A DNA stretch of 64,000 nt from Cycas panzhihuaensis (taxonomy: Eukaryota > Plantae > Cycadophyta): contig CM041465.1 of the NCBI GenBank assembly GCA_023213395.1, positions 75,089,741 through 75,153,740 of the forward strand. The letters are read 5' to 3'. Below are positions 14,201-28,312 of this stretch, piece by piece. The position numbers and the translations under genes were made by a program. The notes below the pieces were generated by a model, which was not told the DNA's origin, did not search any database, and was given only the letters and a program-made list of their open reading frames with translations. Position 1 is the first letter of the stretch. The number at the start of each line of letters is the position of its first letter.

Positions 14201-17200
14201 AAGACGATGGGTGTCGCATATGAGCTTTTACTAGGTTGGATGATACCCATGTTCAACAATTCTCGCATTATTTTTTTGATTTCATTTTTTTGGAAATAGG
14301 AATTTCTATATGGTCGAAGGCTTATCGAGTCATGCAAACTTTGTAACTCAATAGTATGGTAAAATCCTCGATCAGGTGGGGGGCTAGCAGGTAACAGAGC
14401 AAATACAGATTGGTATCGATCTAATACTTGTTGGATATCAGGGTGGATACCGAGGGGGCCTGGATATAGTTAAGATGAACGATGTATCTGATGTTACCAT
14501 TGAGTTGGCAGTGCATTCATGAGGGTGAAATTACTTTGTTTAGGGGGCTTGCATCCCATAAAATTTATGAGAGCGGCCCATGTGATCTCTAAACATAATG
14601 AAGGGTGTCGTGGGTGAGTTATTGGTGCTATAAGTCCCTAGAGTCTGGAGCCATTGTACACTAAGAATTACATCTAACCCACCTATGGATAGGGCATAAA
14701 AATCAGAGATAAGGGTATATGAGCCAATGTGGACCATGAGGTTTTTTATTGTTCTCGCATAGTGGAGTGTGTGATGACTAGGTAAGGAGTAAGTGAAGCT
14801 AGTTTTAGGTTCTATATAAAGATTCAATTAGTAGGCAATGAAGATGTCGATGAAATTTAGCGACGTGCCACCATCGATCAAAATGGTAATTGGGGTTTTC
14901 CTAAGTATTCCTTTGACTCGAAGTGGTTCAGGACATGGAATGGAGGTAACTGTGGATAAGGAAACTTCAGGCTCAGGGTTTAGGGGTAACTCATCCGTAG
15001 GGTGGTCTTGGGGTTCATCATCATATTCGTGCTCAGTCTCAGGGTCATCATCCGAGGGTAAGTCTGGGTCAATTGTGAAGACCATCTTCCTAGCTTTGAA
15101 GATTTTATTGTGACTAGTGGTCCATTTTTTAGAACATTGCATACATAGATCAGCTTCCTAATGATGTTGTGCCTCTGTAGGAGTGATGTGGATGGACTTC
15201 GATGATGATTCCTCAGTGTGCTGCTCGAGAGATGTAGCTGGGGTGTCCTCTAGTTATGGGCGTGATCGTGGTCTCTAGGATCAGGCTGTATCAACTTGTC
15301 GGGATCGTGAAAACCACGTGGAGTCTCATTTGAATGGAGGAGGTCTTTCTATAGCAAATTCTACTTCTACTACTTTAGCTATATTAATTACATCCTTTAG
15401 AGTGGATAGGGAGACTGTCTTTAAGAGCATTTGGATACATTCTTTAAGTTTAGACATGTACGTATCGATCTATGTTTATTTATTAAGTTGCTGATCAACT
15501 CGATTACGTAAAGATTGGAACTCATCCGTGTAAACTTTGATAGAGGATACTTGCTTCGAACGTGTTAGCTATGTAAACAAAGATTGACTCCAAGTGTCTT
15601 CATACTGCTCGAAAAAATAGGTAGAAATCGCAAGAGGCGGGTGGAGGGGTACTCCCATTTCCACCATCAGAACTAATGATGTGCCTTCCCATCTAAATGA
15701 ATGGAAGCAAATATAAGTTGCTCATTCACTAACATTGGGTTGAGAGTAAAGTAAGACTCTAGTTTGCTAATCTAACTTCGTGCACTATCCCTGTTGAGAT
15801 CTGGATCAAATGTGAGTATGTCGATCTTATGATGGAATGGTTGTTGCTATCATGGAGGCGAAGGCACGATTTGTTGCTATGCGGGGCCAATTGGTGGTGG
15901 AGGAGAGAAGCTGTTCAACCTCTTAATTCCATCTTAGACATCAGCATGAGATGCTAGGTTTTTCAATTTTGAGCTAAATTCTGTGCACATAGTAGCTACT
16001 TCGTTTTTAACCTCCTCGCATACGTGGTTGAGATCCTCTATTTTATTATTAATTTTATGGATTTCAGTCTCAAGTCCTGAGATTTTATCACTGTTACTTT
16101 GAGGAGCCATGGAGAAAGGGCGTAAAGAGGCAGGAATAAGTAGAAAGAAGGGGAAAGAACGAAGTGGGAAAGATCAAGAAAGAACGGGATGTAAGAAAAA
16201 GGGGGTTGTTAAGGGAAAGAGAGGGGGGTGAATAGGGAGATTGTGGGGTGTCTATAGCCTATTGACCCTAAAGAAAGTTACATAAACAAGATATCAAGTT
16301 CTTTCAATAGTGCAAAAATATTATTCAATTGGGGCATGTGAAGTGTAGGGGGGGTGTGGGACCCACCGGTGACTAGGTACTAAAAATTGTGAAAATTTAC
16401 AGTATATATCAACCTAGTGCAAATTGACCAGTATGATGTGCCGATCAAAATAAGGTAGATACCTGTAAGGGTAAATTTTCTTACTGAATTAAGGGTAGTA
16501 CCTGTAAGGTAATTTTTTTTTTTTTATGTTTTCTTTTTCTCTTTCTTTTTTTTTCTTTTTCTTTTTTTTTTTCTTTTTTTTGTTTAAATTGTGAGGTGGC
16601 TTACAGTCTTACCCAAAGTATCCTACCAACCACTAGACAAGGTGTGCTTGGTCTTATAGGCCTGTTAATAAACTGTAGAAGTTTGGGCAGGTAGTTTTAT
16701 GGCGCTAACCACTAACCACTGCACTACAAGACTTCAGCGATCGATAGTTGCCTATGTTGGAAAAGGATTGGGACTTGAATGTGGGGTCCTCCTACATACT
16801 TGAAGGTACGTGGAGGCGCACTTCTATAGCCAGGTTCTGTCTAGGGCTTGGCTTAGGAGTGATACTCTAATCCTTCACGCAAAGGGTAAGAGGGCCACTT
16901 TGCGCTTAGCCAGAACAACAGATCCCTGCGATACCCAGGAAAGGAGGTGGGAGGGAGAAGAAAAGTAATCGCCCAATGATGTTATCTACCCTTAAGATAA
17001 ATTCAACGCTAGAATAAAAAAATAGGAATAAAATTAAAACCAAATGAAAGATAAGGGATAAAGTACTAGAGTTACTTGGGAAAAGAATTTCCTCTTTCTC
17101 CCAACTCTTAGACTGTCCCAATATCGTTCCTCAATCTCCGTGGAGAGAGTACTAAGCGAAGGTCTTTCCTCGATCTCTACTAGGGTAGAGAGAGTACTTA

Positions 17201-17648
17201 ATCAAATAGGGAAAGAAAAATAATTCTGGACTTTTGGGCAACCTCCCACGATCACGACGTAGCTCTGACACCACTTGGGATGTTTCTTCTCACCAATACT
17301 CTTGAGATAGCAGAGAATTTGACAATCGCAACAACTTTTCTTATCCAACAGAGCAAATAAGCTAACCAAGAGTTTCACAGGAACACCATAGTGCTAAATG
17401 ATCACCAAAAGATATAAAGTACCATAGTACAATCTTTATAAAAATGTTCTATCAAGATAACCATCATTTATAATTTATGACCCCCTTATAGACAAAATAG
17501 GGTCTTATACATGTAATCCTATTGGCGGCCTAAGTGGCCTTACATTCTATTAGGCGACAGCACCCATGCATACTATTGGCTTGCTAGATGACACATGCAC
17601 AAAGTTCCATAGTGGTTTATATAACTTAGTCAGATAAGTTATGTAACA
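11227..17648 (-). mobile_element. Full-length decayed chromovirus (Reina-like) Ty3/Gypsy, 6.4 kb
   Basis: LTRs 11227-11600 and 17276-17648; TSD TTTAC/TTTGC; PBS at 17261-17273; PPT at 11601-11613; empty site visible in the sister LTR near 45590. Confidence 0.93.
11612..16110 (-). pseudogene. Disrupted gag-pol (gag, protease, RT, RNase H, integrase, chromodomain)
   Basis: Protease ILIDGGTSLNFI (14828-15142); RT IIQPSKSSYATPIVLVRKKDGS..LCVDYR (14050-14337); RNase [10 protein letters not shown]; integrase HHCC (12663-13190); chromodomain EYLI*WTG..YDEATWE near 11670-11725. Confidence 0.93.
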
Positions 17649-20600
17649 TTTGCTTAGTATGATCTAGTAATTTAATTATTCTTGGCTTTGTTTTGATGAT
17701 TTTTTGGCCTCAATTTATAGTGATTCAATCCCCATATATGTGTTTTCTGATCTAGGACCTTTTAACATGTCATTTTCCTAAAAATTACCTTATTTTTCCT
17801 ATTTTTTACTATTTTTTATTTTGTTATATTTTTGGTATAATAAAAAATATGATTTCCTGAATAAAATATGATGATCATATTTTTAGTATAAAATCATATT
17901 TTTCATTGTCATAATTAAAAATTAAATGTAAAATGCTAATTTTCCATGATTTTCTTAGTGGCAACTACCTAGATTCAAAGATTGACATTACTTTACCTAT
18001 CTTGATTGCCTTTTAATTATCTTATCATCCTCCATGCAAGGATTTAGTTGTTGGGAATAAAATCTATGGGCAAAATCCATGGTATTCTTTCCTATCTTTC
18101 TCTCTATTAGTTTGCATAAATCCTTAAGATTTTTTAGAGTTTGGGGAGAATTTTTGAGGTAATAAAATGTGTTGAGAATAATACCTAATTATATAATTAT
18201 GCTTATGTACACTCTCTCTATATTTATGTGTATTTTATATTTGAGGTTGTGAGCCACATAGAGATGTGTGCTACCTCTAAGATTGACCAACAAAGTTCTC
18301 TCATTGATGGTGAGCTTGTACTATAAGTATGTATTTTATCATTTATTCTAATTTAAGTTTTGTCCATTTCTCCACCTCTTATATTCATTTGTACATATTT
18401 CATCTTCTTTGTACTTTATTGTTGTATTATTAACTAACCATCTTAGTTCATTTATTACATGCATAGTATATTATTTTTCTAACATGGTATAGAGATTTCA
18501 ATGCTTATTTTCTAATATGGTATTGGAGTCCAAGGTCTAAATCCTTAAGGGAAATATTATAGAGCCTTTGTACATGTTATCCTTTTGATTTTTTAGAAGC
18601 CTTTTCAATTTTTTAAGGAACTTATATTGTGCCTAATTAATGACCTATTCATTATTTATTTAAAGGATTATTTCAAGTTATTTGAAGCTAGCTTCTGTCA
18701 GACTTTACGCATACTTTTAAGAGATTAGTTTCTAAAATATTTGGGGCTATTTCATCATTATTTTTTTAAGTTTAAAGGGGTTGTTTCGATATTATTTAAA
18801 GGCTATTCAAAGTTTATTTAGAGCTGATATTAAAGGCTACTTTAAAGCCTGTTATGAAGTTATTTCAAGACCATTTTTTTAAGCCCATTTTTTAGAGATT
18901 TTAAAGTTATTATAGAGTTATTTTGAAGCTATAGATTTATGCCTTTTGTGACCAAATTTTAAGCTGCATGTGGGTCCATTTTAATATTAGATAATATGAC
19001 AACAATGTTTTGGAGGTAAAGTTTTGATAGATTGGTAGTGTGGTTTCCCCCCTTAAACTTTTGCGGGGGGATCCAAGTGGAGTGGATGCCTCTCTTAGTT
19101 GGGGAGTGTGGGGGGTACCAGAACTACTCCCCTGCCTACCTTCCTGATGCAAAGAGGGGGTTTAGGGGTAGTATCCCCTAACCCAAAAAACTAACACTAT
19201 AAAACATAGTAAATTATAAAGAGAATCAGGGTCATTCATTCAAAATATCCTAGATTTTATGGTTAAGATTTGTATCTTGTATGACTCTCTCATATAGCCT
19301 AATTTAGGGTGTTTCTTTTAATTATATTGATAGTATTTGATGTATTAGATGTACTATGATGAGTAAGGCATCTGGTTATTATTATTATGAACATTCTTCT
19401 ATAAATTATATATATTTCTCTATTCTTAGATAATAAAGATTGATACCTTTCTTGTGTGGATATTTCCCTAGCACATTGCTAGTGTTTTACTGCATTATAT
19501 ATGGTGTATATGTGATGCTTTAGTTTTCTAATTTATTTATTATACCATCTCTAGTTTAAAAATTTGTATATTAAATTTTAGTTTCAATTCCTATAACTGG
19601 TTGCAAAATAGTTTAGATCTTAGTGGCAGTTTCTGGTTATTAGGACCTAGTTTTCTCAACAAATAGTATCGGAGCCACTTTTACTTTTATAGCAAATTTA
19701 TAAAGTTTTTGGTATTAGATTTTTCTGTACTAAATAGAGAAACTAATAAATATAAAGTTTGGGATGGAGAAATTCAATGGCAAGAATAACTTTGAGTTAT
19801 GGAAGCTGACATCATATGATGTTCTAGTACAATAGGGATTGTATAGAACTCTAGGAGGGAAATCAAAGAAACTTGCAGGGATGAATGATAATAAATGTAA
19901 TGATTTAGACAAAAGAGCTCTTCACATAATATGATTGTGCTTGGTAGATAAAGTTCTATTTAACATCATGAGGGAGAAAATAACAGTAGGATTATAGACC
20001 CAATATAGTAACAAATTGAATCTACTTGAAGAGGTAGTTATACCCATTATGGATAAAGGAAGGTATACAAATTTCTAATCATATAAATATTTTTAATTCT
20101 CTTATTTATCAATTAGTTAGTATCAATGTCATGATTAGGGATGAGGATAAGGTTGTTACCTTGTTATATTCATTACTAGAATCTTAGGATAATATTATTG
20201 CCTCAATTAGTTTTAGCACTACAAATGAATTAGACTATGATTTTGTTGTGAGTGCTTTGCTGATGAAAGAGGTGAGGAGAAAGTCTAATCTTAAAACCTT
20301 GATACTAGAAGTTATGATAGTAAGGGGTAAAATGATTGAGAGAAGACAAAGCTCTAGGGACACATCGAGGTCAAAGTCAAAATGCATGAAGAGTAAGCTT
20401 AGATATTAGTACTACAATAAGATAGGTCACCTTAAGAAGGATTGCTACAAAAAAAATGAGTTCTAGAAAAAATAAAATCATACTAAGGAGGCTAATCAGG
20501 TGGAATCAAATCAACATATAGATAATAATGTCTTCATTGCTTATAATATTTCTCATTATCATCATGATTAATTATTAGATTCGGGTTCTTCACACCATAT

Positions 20601-22403
20601 ATGTCCACACAAGAATTCATTTTCATCATACCAACCTCTTGATGATAGTGCTATGCTTATGGGAAATGAAGTTTTATGTAAGACAATAGGCATTGGTAGC
20701 ATCAGAATTAAAGTGTTTGATGGTATAGTGAGAATATTAACTAAAGATAGACGTGTACTTAATCTATAAAGGAATATGATTTCCTAAGGTGAACTAGATT
20801 CTGATGGTTATAAGTACACAGGTCATGAAAGTGTCAAAGGGCGCCTTAGTTGTTATGAAAGCCTTAAAGAAAGGAAACCTTTATATTTTGGTGGGAAGTA
20901 TAGATGTCATCCATGTAGCTATAACATCAAATAGTATAGAAGATCCAACTCAGTTATGGCATCACAGACTTGGGCATATGAGTGAGAGAAGACTTAAGGT
21001 TTTGATAAACCATAAGTTACTTCATAACTTATAACTTTTAGATTTGACTTTTTATAAACATTATATTTTTAAAAAGTAGTGTAGACACAAGTTCAAAGTA
21101 GGGAGTCACACTAGTAAAAGTGTTCTAGTTTATAAATAATTAGATGTATGGGGACCATCCCCTACAATATCTTATGAAGGATCATTATACTTTATCATAT
21201 TTATATATGATTACTTTAGAAAGGTATAGGTCTATTTTTTGAAAAGGAAATCTGAAGTTTTTAGTGTGTTTAAGTAGTTCAAGGCTCTGGTTGAGAAGAC
21301 CACTAGCAAGTTAATCAAATATTTAAGAACTAATAATAGAGGTAAGTTCAACTCCTTGGAGTTTGAGAACTATTGCAGAGAAGTTGGGATTAGAATGTAT
21401 AAGACCACTAGCTATACTTCATAGTAGAATGGCATAACTGAATGCATAAATAAGGCACTCTTAAAAAGAGTAAGAAGCATGTTGAGTAATGCAAGAGTGG
21501 AGTAGGGCTTATAGGCAAAAGCTATTCAAACAACTTATTATTTCGTAAATAGGTCACCATCACTTGTAATAGACTATAATATTCTTTAATAGGTATAGAC
21601 TAGACATCTATGTGACTATTCAAATTTAAAAGGTTTTGGTTGTGATGCTTATGCCTTGATTAATAAAAGTCAATGTTTAAAGTTAGCCCCAAAATATAAG
21701 AGATATATCTTTGTTGGTTATGGTAATAGAGATGATGTAAAGGGATATAGGTTATGGGATCTTGCTACCCACAAAATCATTATTAAAAGAGATGCTATAT
21801 TTGATGAATCTCCTTTTTTAAAATCAAACAATATAGAAGTTGAAGTGAAACATGTGCAAAATGTTGAATATCAACAAGTCAAGCTTGGGACCTAGCCATC
21901 TTTAGAAATAGAAAAGTAGAAAGAGCTTTCTGAAGATGAATCTACAATATATTTATAGGAGTATATAGACACTCCTCTACCAACTATTAGAAGATCTACA
22001 TGAGTTAGCCATCCACCTAATAGGTATATCCCTTCTATTTCTATTACTTTGGTTTCTAATGATAGTGAGCCTACATACTATCAAGAAGTAGTAGATGATA
22101 TCCATAGTGAGAAGTAGAAGAGGGCTATGCAAGAAGAGATAGATGCTTTGAAGAAAAATAATTCATGAGACTTGGTAGAGCTTCTACATGGTAGGAAGAT
22201 TATTGGTTGCAGGTAGGCTTTTAAGAAGAAAATAGATGTTGATAGAAAGATTGATAAATACAGGGTAAGATTAATGGCTAAAGGTTTTGCACAGAATGTA
22301 GGTATTGATTTTTATGAGATCTTTTCACCAATTATTAAACTTACTTTAATTTAGGTTCTACTAGCATTAGTAACTTCTCTTGATTTGAAGTTGGAGCAGT
22401 TAG

Positions 22404-25400
22404 TGTTGGGTGTAATGTCATCACTCAACAGCTGCAACTCTTGTGTGGACAAGAGTTTCATCTTCAAGAAAAGTTTTTCCAAACCAAAGTCTGCCAAAGG
22501 CTCATCATAGCTTGGCACTAATTACTGCTTCTCATTTAATGGTGTGTAAATTTCCCCCAAATGAGCCTGCTACGTTAAGTTGTGGAATGCTCCCAAAAAA
22601 CTATACACCAGAATTGATATATTTGCTTTGAATGAGAGCCTAGCTTAAGGAAACTATTGTGGATTGTTCACTTCCGACACTTAATCTTCTCAGCTATTTG
22701 ATCTGTGTTCCCGAGTCTCTTCTGGTCATGTGGTGCACTTTGTTGACTCAGCCAGTGCACAACTAACGCATCTCTGCTTATCTCACCGTCTCCATTTTGG
22801 CCTCTGGTGCAGGCCATACTCTCTCTCGCCTCGATTGCGTTTCAATTTTTGGGTTACTCTCTCCTCGAAACTGCTGCGTTCAATAATCATTATTATTGAG
22901 TAGTTAGGCCCTTTGCGTTCCGTCTGCAATCATCCCCGTTGCTAAGCGCCCTGTCTTTACCGCCCGCTGCTTCGTGGATCGTCCGAGTCGGCCTTTGTCT
23001 GGTTTTCATAGCGTGCATTGCCCTGCGTTGATTATTGTTATCTTCTATTTGCGCACTGTATCGACGCTTAGCAGGCAGATCGTGTGCGCCGCCTCCTCCA
23101 TTTTAGGCAGATTTGCAGATCCGGTTTCTTTCTTCGGTGTGCCGCTTTGCGTTGAATGCTTCTCGGCCTGTGCGCCGCCATTTAAGGCAAATTCGTTATC
23201 TTCTTCAATACGGTGCTGCTGTAGCTCGCCCTTTACCATTCAGCCCTCCGTGGATAGCCATGCATTAATATTGTGCGTGGCCTCCGATCGATCTGCATTT
23301 GATTAGTGTACATGCGTTGCGTCTTTATATATTTAATTATTATAATTGTATATGCGTTGCATTTTTATGCGGTTACTGCGTTTTATATATTTGCCTTTTA
23401 TATTATTCACTTTTGCCCGCGCTTTATTATAGTCTTAATATATAAAGTTTGATCTTTTAAACTCTGGTTTGAAAGAGTTTCATTTCAAATATTTGTTAAT
23501 ATACGGCAGTTGTTTTTTCAAAAATTTAATTTCATTACATATTCTTTCAATCTTATTACACATTTTTTGTTTTAAAACTCGATGAGCGAGTTCACCCTCC
23601 TGGCATCGGAGGTGTTTAGTCTCTGACTTATCTTGGGTTCAATCCCAGCTTAGTCCCTCTTCAGGCTTGCTTTTTAAGAAGTGTTTTTTAATTTTAAACT
23701 TTATTTTTTCAAAATTTTATTTTTCATAGAGTTATTGGCACTTTTGTGGCCATAACTTCTCGTTGGCTTATCAGTTTCAGACGAAACCTACGCCAATAGA
23801 TCAGAAATTTTTCGTACACTAATTTTGACTGGTCATAAGACCAATTTGGTGCCAATTTGACCTTGTTTCGACCATTTTAACATTAGACTTTCAAAATTTC
23901 AGCAATTTTCGCATTTTTAACAAAATCGGTTTTAGAACTGGCTGTCATTTATTTCTGGTAAACTGTTTTGTGCCCAAATTTTCTCTATAGCGATCTACGT
24001 TATATAGACTTTAATACCCACTTTTTACTTCAATTTTTTGAGTTCATCTTCACTAATATTTTAATCGCTGAAATAAGGAATTTAGTTGGTTTTTGCCTAT
24101 TTTTTGACATTCTACATAAAAATACCTGTTACATTTTTCACTATAACTTTCTCATTTTTTTATCATATTTCAATTCTGTCAGCTTCGTTGGGAAGCTGAC
24201 TCATTTCTCCCCATTTTGACATATTTTTCTATATATTTTGACACATTTTTCTTATATTTCAAATTAGTCAAAGTTGAGGTATCTCATTGCCCTAAATCTG
24301 CTGTTTTGTTACACCTTTTAATATATTTTTCAAAAATTTCAATTGAAAGAACATTGATTACTTCATAAATAATATTTGATCCTTTGTTCAACTTTTTCTA
24401 AAGGTTGATTAGTAATTTTATGTAATTTTTGCCTACCCTGCTCCTGTTTAGCCCCATAAGGAGGTTTATACATTTGCATTATTCAAATTGTGATTTATTG
24501 GTACCTATTTTCAAAACTGTTTATTTCATTGGATTCACACCTCATCAATCTACATATTGGTAAAATTTTAAGCTATTTTGACATTATTCAATATAGTTTT
24601 CAAGCTGTTAAATTTGAGCATATACGTGCATCCTAATAAGCTTATCTTCTTTCAAAATTTTCAAGAAAATTCTAGTTCATATTTCATTGTTTACTCAAGG
24701 TTTCTGCTTGATCTTTCTACAAGCATTTTAAGTTATTTTGAACCGGAAATTATTCATAAGGCAATATATTTTTTCTCAAAGAAAAGCTATTTTTATACAA
24801 AAATGATTTTTTTACATTGAAGATTTATATTACTCATTTGAGAAATTGGCATCTTTTAAAAACTATTTATTCTTAAAAGTTTATTTCAAGTCTTGCATAA
24901 GTAAAAAGGATTTTTTAAGTTTACTTTCAAATGCATCATTATTTTCTTATTGATCACATTGTTTTCAAAATGGCACAATTCCCCATTTTCGATGGCCATA
25001 ACTTTTCACTCTGGTATGACACCATGCACACTTACTTTATTGAACATGATCTTTTAAAGTATTTACAACATGAATATGACCTTAGCATTAAAGAAAACTT
25101 TAGAAAAGATAATGAAGTTTTAGGTTTATTATTTTGCACTATGACTGATGATGTCTTTTCACTTGTTTCCGAATTAACAACATCTAAGCCTGTTTGGGAT
25201 TTATTGATTTCCATTTATGGGGGAGATATCCCCACTGTATTTGATGAAACTTTTGATGAGTATGTGAGACAGGTAACAGAACAAATAGATCATGACGACA
25301 ACAACCATAAGGATTCAAATCAAATGGAGGACCACCTTGTTGCACAAGGATTTGATCCTCCATTTGAGGGGGAGCATGAAAATGAATCTTATGACATAAC

Positions 25401-26178
25401 GAAGAATGAACCTGATGATATGATAATTATTCAAAGCATAAAGAGTACAAAAGTTCAAGTTCAAAGCCTTCCTAATGTTCCAATTGACAAAGTCCAAATT
25501 ACAGCTATTCATCTACATTTGCATCAAGTTTCATCTACCTATAGTCTTCCTACATCATTCTATGATAAAGAGATATATGTGATTATAAGGGTGAGAAGAG
25601 TTGATAAAGATCAAGATCAGCATTTCAAAGTTTTTTTCAAGTACCAATTCCACAAATTCAAGGAAAAGATACAAGTGTTCGTGCTGACATTAAGGGGGAG
25701 AATGTTGGGTGTAATGTCATCACTCAACTCCCTCTTACCTACCAGGATTGTGCACCTCAATTTAGACATGTGATGCTCAACATGTCAAGGTAAGTTAAGG
25801 TAAGTTGAGTTAGTTCCATTTGAGTTAAGTTGTATTATTTTATTATTAATTTGAATTTAGGGGTTGAGGAGTTTCCCTCCTCTCCCAAACTATAAATGTT
25901 AAGGGGTGTACAACCCTGGTGTCTTTAGACACCGCTTACTTTTGAGGAGATTTGTAATGCTCATTCTACTACAATGGATTGAACAACAAGGCTTTCATGT
26001 GTTTATGATATTGTAATGGTGATACATTGATGTATTTGATGCAATACTGGTATAGAGCTTAGTTTGGCTCATAGTTTGCAAGCATATTTTCCTTCATTTG
26101 GTATCAGAGCTTAGTTTGGCTCTATTATTGTTCCATCATTTGGTATCAGAGCACTTTGGCTCCATACTTTTTCCATCA
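22404..26178 (+). mobile_element. Young gag-only Copia-derived element (TR-GAG-like) with a 26-bp 5' LTR stub, nest level 5
   Basis: Perfect TSD GTTAG (22399-22403, 26179-26183). The first 26 bp are identical to the start of the 3' LTR 25703-26178. PPT AAGGGGGAGAA at 25692-25702. Confidence 0.92.
24931..25773 (+). CDS. Intact Copia-type gag-like ORF, 280 aa (probable start MAQFP at 24970)
   Basis: P.FDG.NF.LW...M..YF and A/S K.VWD.L...Y motifs of Copia gag N-termini (DUF4219/UBN2-like), followed by an acidic linker; reads through the PPT into the 3' LTR. Longest ORF in the window. Confidence 0.8.
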   Translation: MHHYFLIDHIVFKMAQFPIFDGHNFSLWYDTMHTYFIEHDLLKYLQHEYDLSIKENFRKDNEVLGLLFCTMTDDVFSLVSELTTSKPVWDLLISIYGGDIPTVFDETFDEYVRQVTEQIDHDDNNHKDSNQMEDHLVAQGFDPPFEGEHENESYDITKNEPDDMIIIQSIKSTKVQVQSLPNVPIDKVQITAIHLHLHQVSSTYSLPTSFYDKEIYVIIRVRRVDKDQDQHFKVFFKYQFHKFKEKIQVFVLTLRGRMLGVMSSLNSLLPTRIVHLNLDM

Positions 26179-28312
26179 GTTAGATGTAAAAAAAAAAAAT
26201 TCTGTAAAGAGATTTAGATAAGGAGATCTATATAGATCAGGCAGAAGGATTTGTATAAAATGACAAGAAAATAGATTATTTATATACTTAGGAAATCATT
26301 GTATGGCCTGAAATAATTAACCAGGCAATGGTACAGGAAGTTTGGTGCCTTCATATAGAGCCAAAATTTTAAAAGAAGTGAATATGATTATTGTGTTTAC
26401 TTTAAATTCTGAGACAATATCTTATTCATTATCTTGGTATTGTATGTTGATGACATACGGATGACAAGTAAGAGTATGGAAGAAATCAACAAGTTCAAGG
26501 CTTAATTGGATAGGACTTTTGATATGAAGGATCTAAGAGTTACAAAATAGATCTTAGACATAGAGATACATAGAGATAGGAAAAATAGTAAGCTATGGTT
26601 ATCACAATAGAAATATATGGAGAAGGTGCTAACCAGATTTGGTATGACAAATGTGAAACTAGTTAGTATCTTGTTGGCTTCCCATTTCAAGCTTTCTTCG
26701 AGTATGATTCCTAGTAGTGAAGAAGAAAAAGATTATATATCTCATGTACCTTATGTAAGTGTAGTAGGAAGTTTGATATATGCCATGGTATATACAAGAC
26801 CCAAAATTTCACATGTAGTTAGTGTAGTTAGCAGGTTTATAGTAAATCCAGGAAAGGAACATTAGGTAGCAACGAAATTAGTGCTTCGATATTTAAGGGG
26901 CACAAGTGACTATTGCATCACCTTTGATGGTACATGTAATTAGGTTTATAGATATGTTAATTTATCCTTTGCGGGAGATTTAGATAAGAGAAGGTCTACT
27001 TCAAGTTATGTGTTTACTCTTGAAAATGGTTTAGTTAGTTGGATGTTAAAATTATAGAGTACAATTGTATTATTCACTATAAAAGTAGAATATATTGCTA
27101 TAACACATGCTTGTAATAAAGCAATATAGTTGCAGGGTCTATCAGTTGAGCTTGGAAGGAAAATGAAAAAGGTAAAGGTATTTTGTAATAGTTAAATTGC
27201 TATTTACTTAGTAAAGAATCTAATTTATTATAGTAAGACAAAGCATATTACTCTTAAGTACTATTTTGTTAGATAGGTTGTGGAAGCAAGTGGAGTGACA
27301 CTTGATAAGGTTAATACAAAATAGAATTATGCTGACATGTTTACAAAACTAGTACTATTGGAGAAGTTTAAATGGTACTTGACTTCTCTTGGTTTGTAGA
27401 AAAAGTGATGAATAGTCTAGAAAGGTATCAAGTAAATTATTGTCAAGGTAGAGATTATTAGATAATATGACAATATTTTAGAGGTAAAATTTTGACAAGT
27501 TGATATGATAGTTTTCCTCTAAGCTTCTAAGGGGTCTAAAGGGGTAGGAGCCCCTTAGTCAGTGTAAGGGATGCTAGTGAAAAGAGTAGATCTATCCTTC
27601 ATCTCTATGTACTAAACACAAAGGTAAATATGGGAGTAAGAGAGACTTGAGAGAAAGAAAGTAGCTCTTACAAAATAGGGAGGTAAGAATGAACCTCCTC
27701 CATTGAGCTTTTACTTTTATATTGAGAGAGGGAGCATTAGAGTTAGGTGAAATGAAATTACACATAATGCATATGAAAGTGTATTTCACTTAAGTGATCT
27801 AATTTAAAGTTCACTTAAGACCCTTTTTCGAAATAATCAACTAATATAATGACCTTATGTCATTAACCCCTTTCAATCTCCCCCTTAATGGTAGAAGGTC
27901 ATTTCATCCTATTTTATTCTATCCTATGAGGTCTTGTCTTCATTTGAGCCTCTTACAAAGCAAACTACTATGACACTTTTATGGAAAACCCTCATGGGGA
28001 AGAAAACCCACAATTTTTCTAATCTACTAACCTGGCTCAGGCGACTCTTTAAATGTAGCCAGATAGCCAATTAGTACAATGAATTTTGTAGCTAAAATCT
28101 ACTAAGTCTCCACATGCTATTTGGTCATCCCCCATGCCCTTTCAGGTTTTCACAAGTTTCAATTTTCCAAAATGATACAACCCTTATCCTTTTGCACCCA
28201 CATGGGGTTTTCATGAATGGGATAAAGCAGAGACTTACTCTTGTCCTTCCGTGCCCATAAGGGATTTTCACGAATGAGACAGAGTATGATGGTCCTATTA
28301 TCATCTCCTTCA

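Larger units (their letters stand above)
19734..27408 (+). pseudogene. Disrupted Copia gag-pol, interrupted by 22404-26178
   Basis: MEKFNGKNNFELWKL gag start; LLDSGSSHH protease; QLWHHRLGHMSE; FVGY...VKGYRLWD; LEQL|DVK split by the insertion; LYVDD; VPY.SVVGSLIYAMV.TRP; ADMFTK. Confidence 0.92.
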
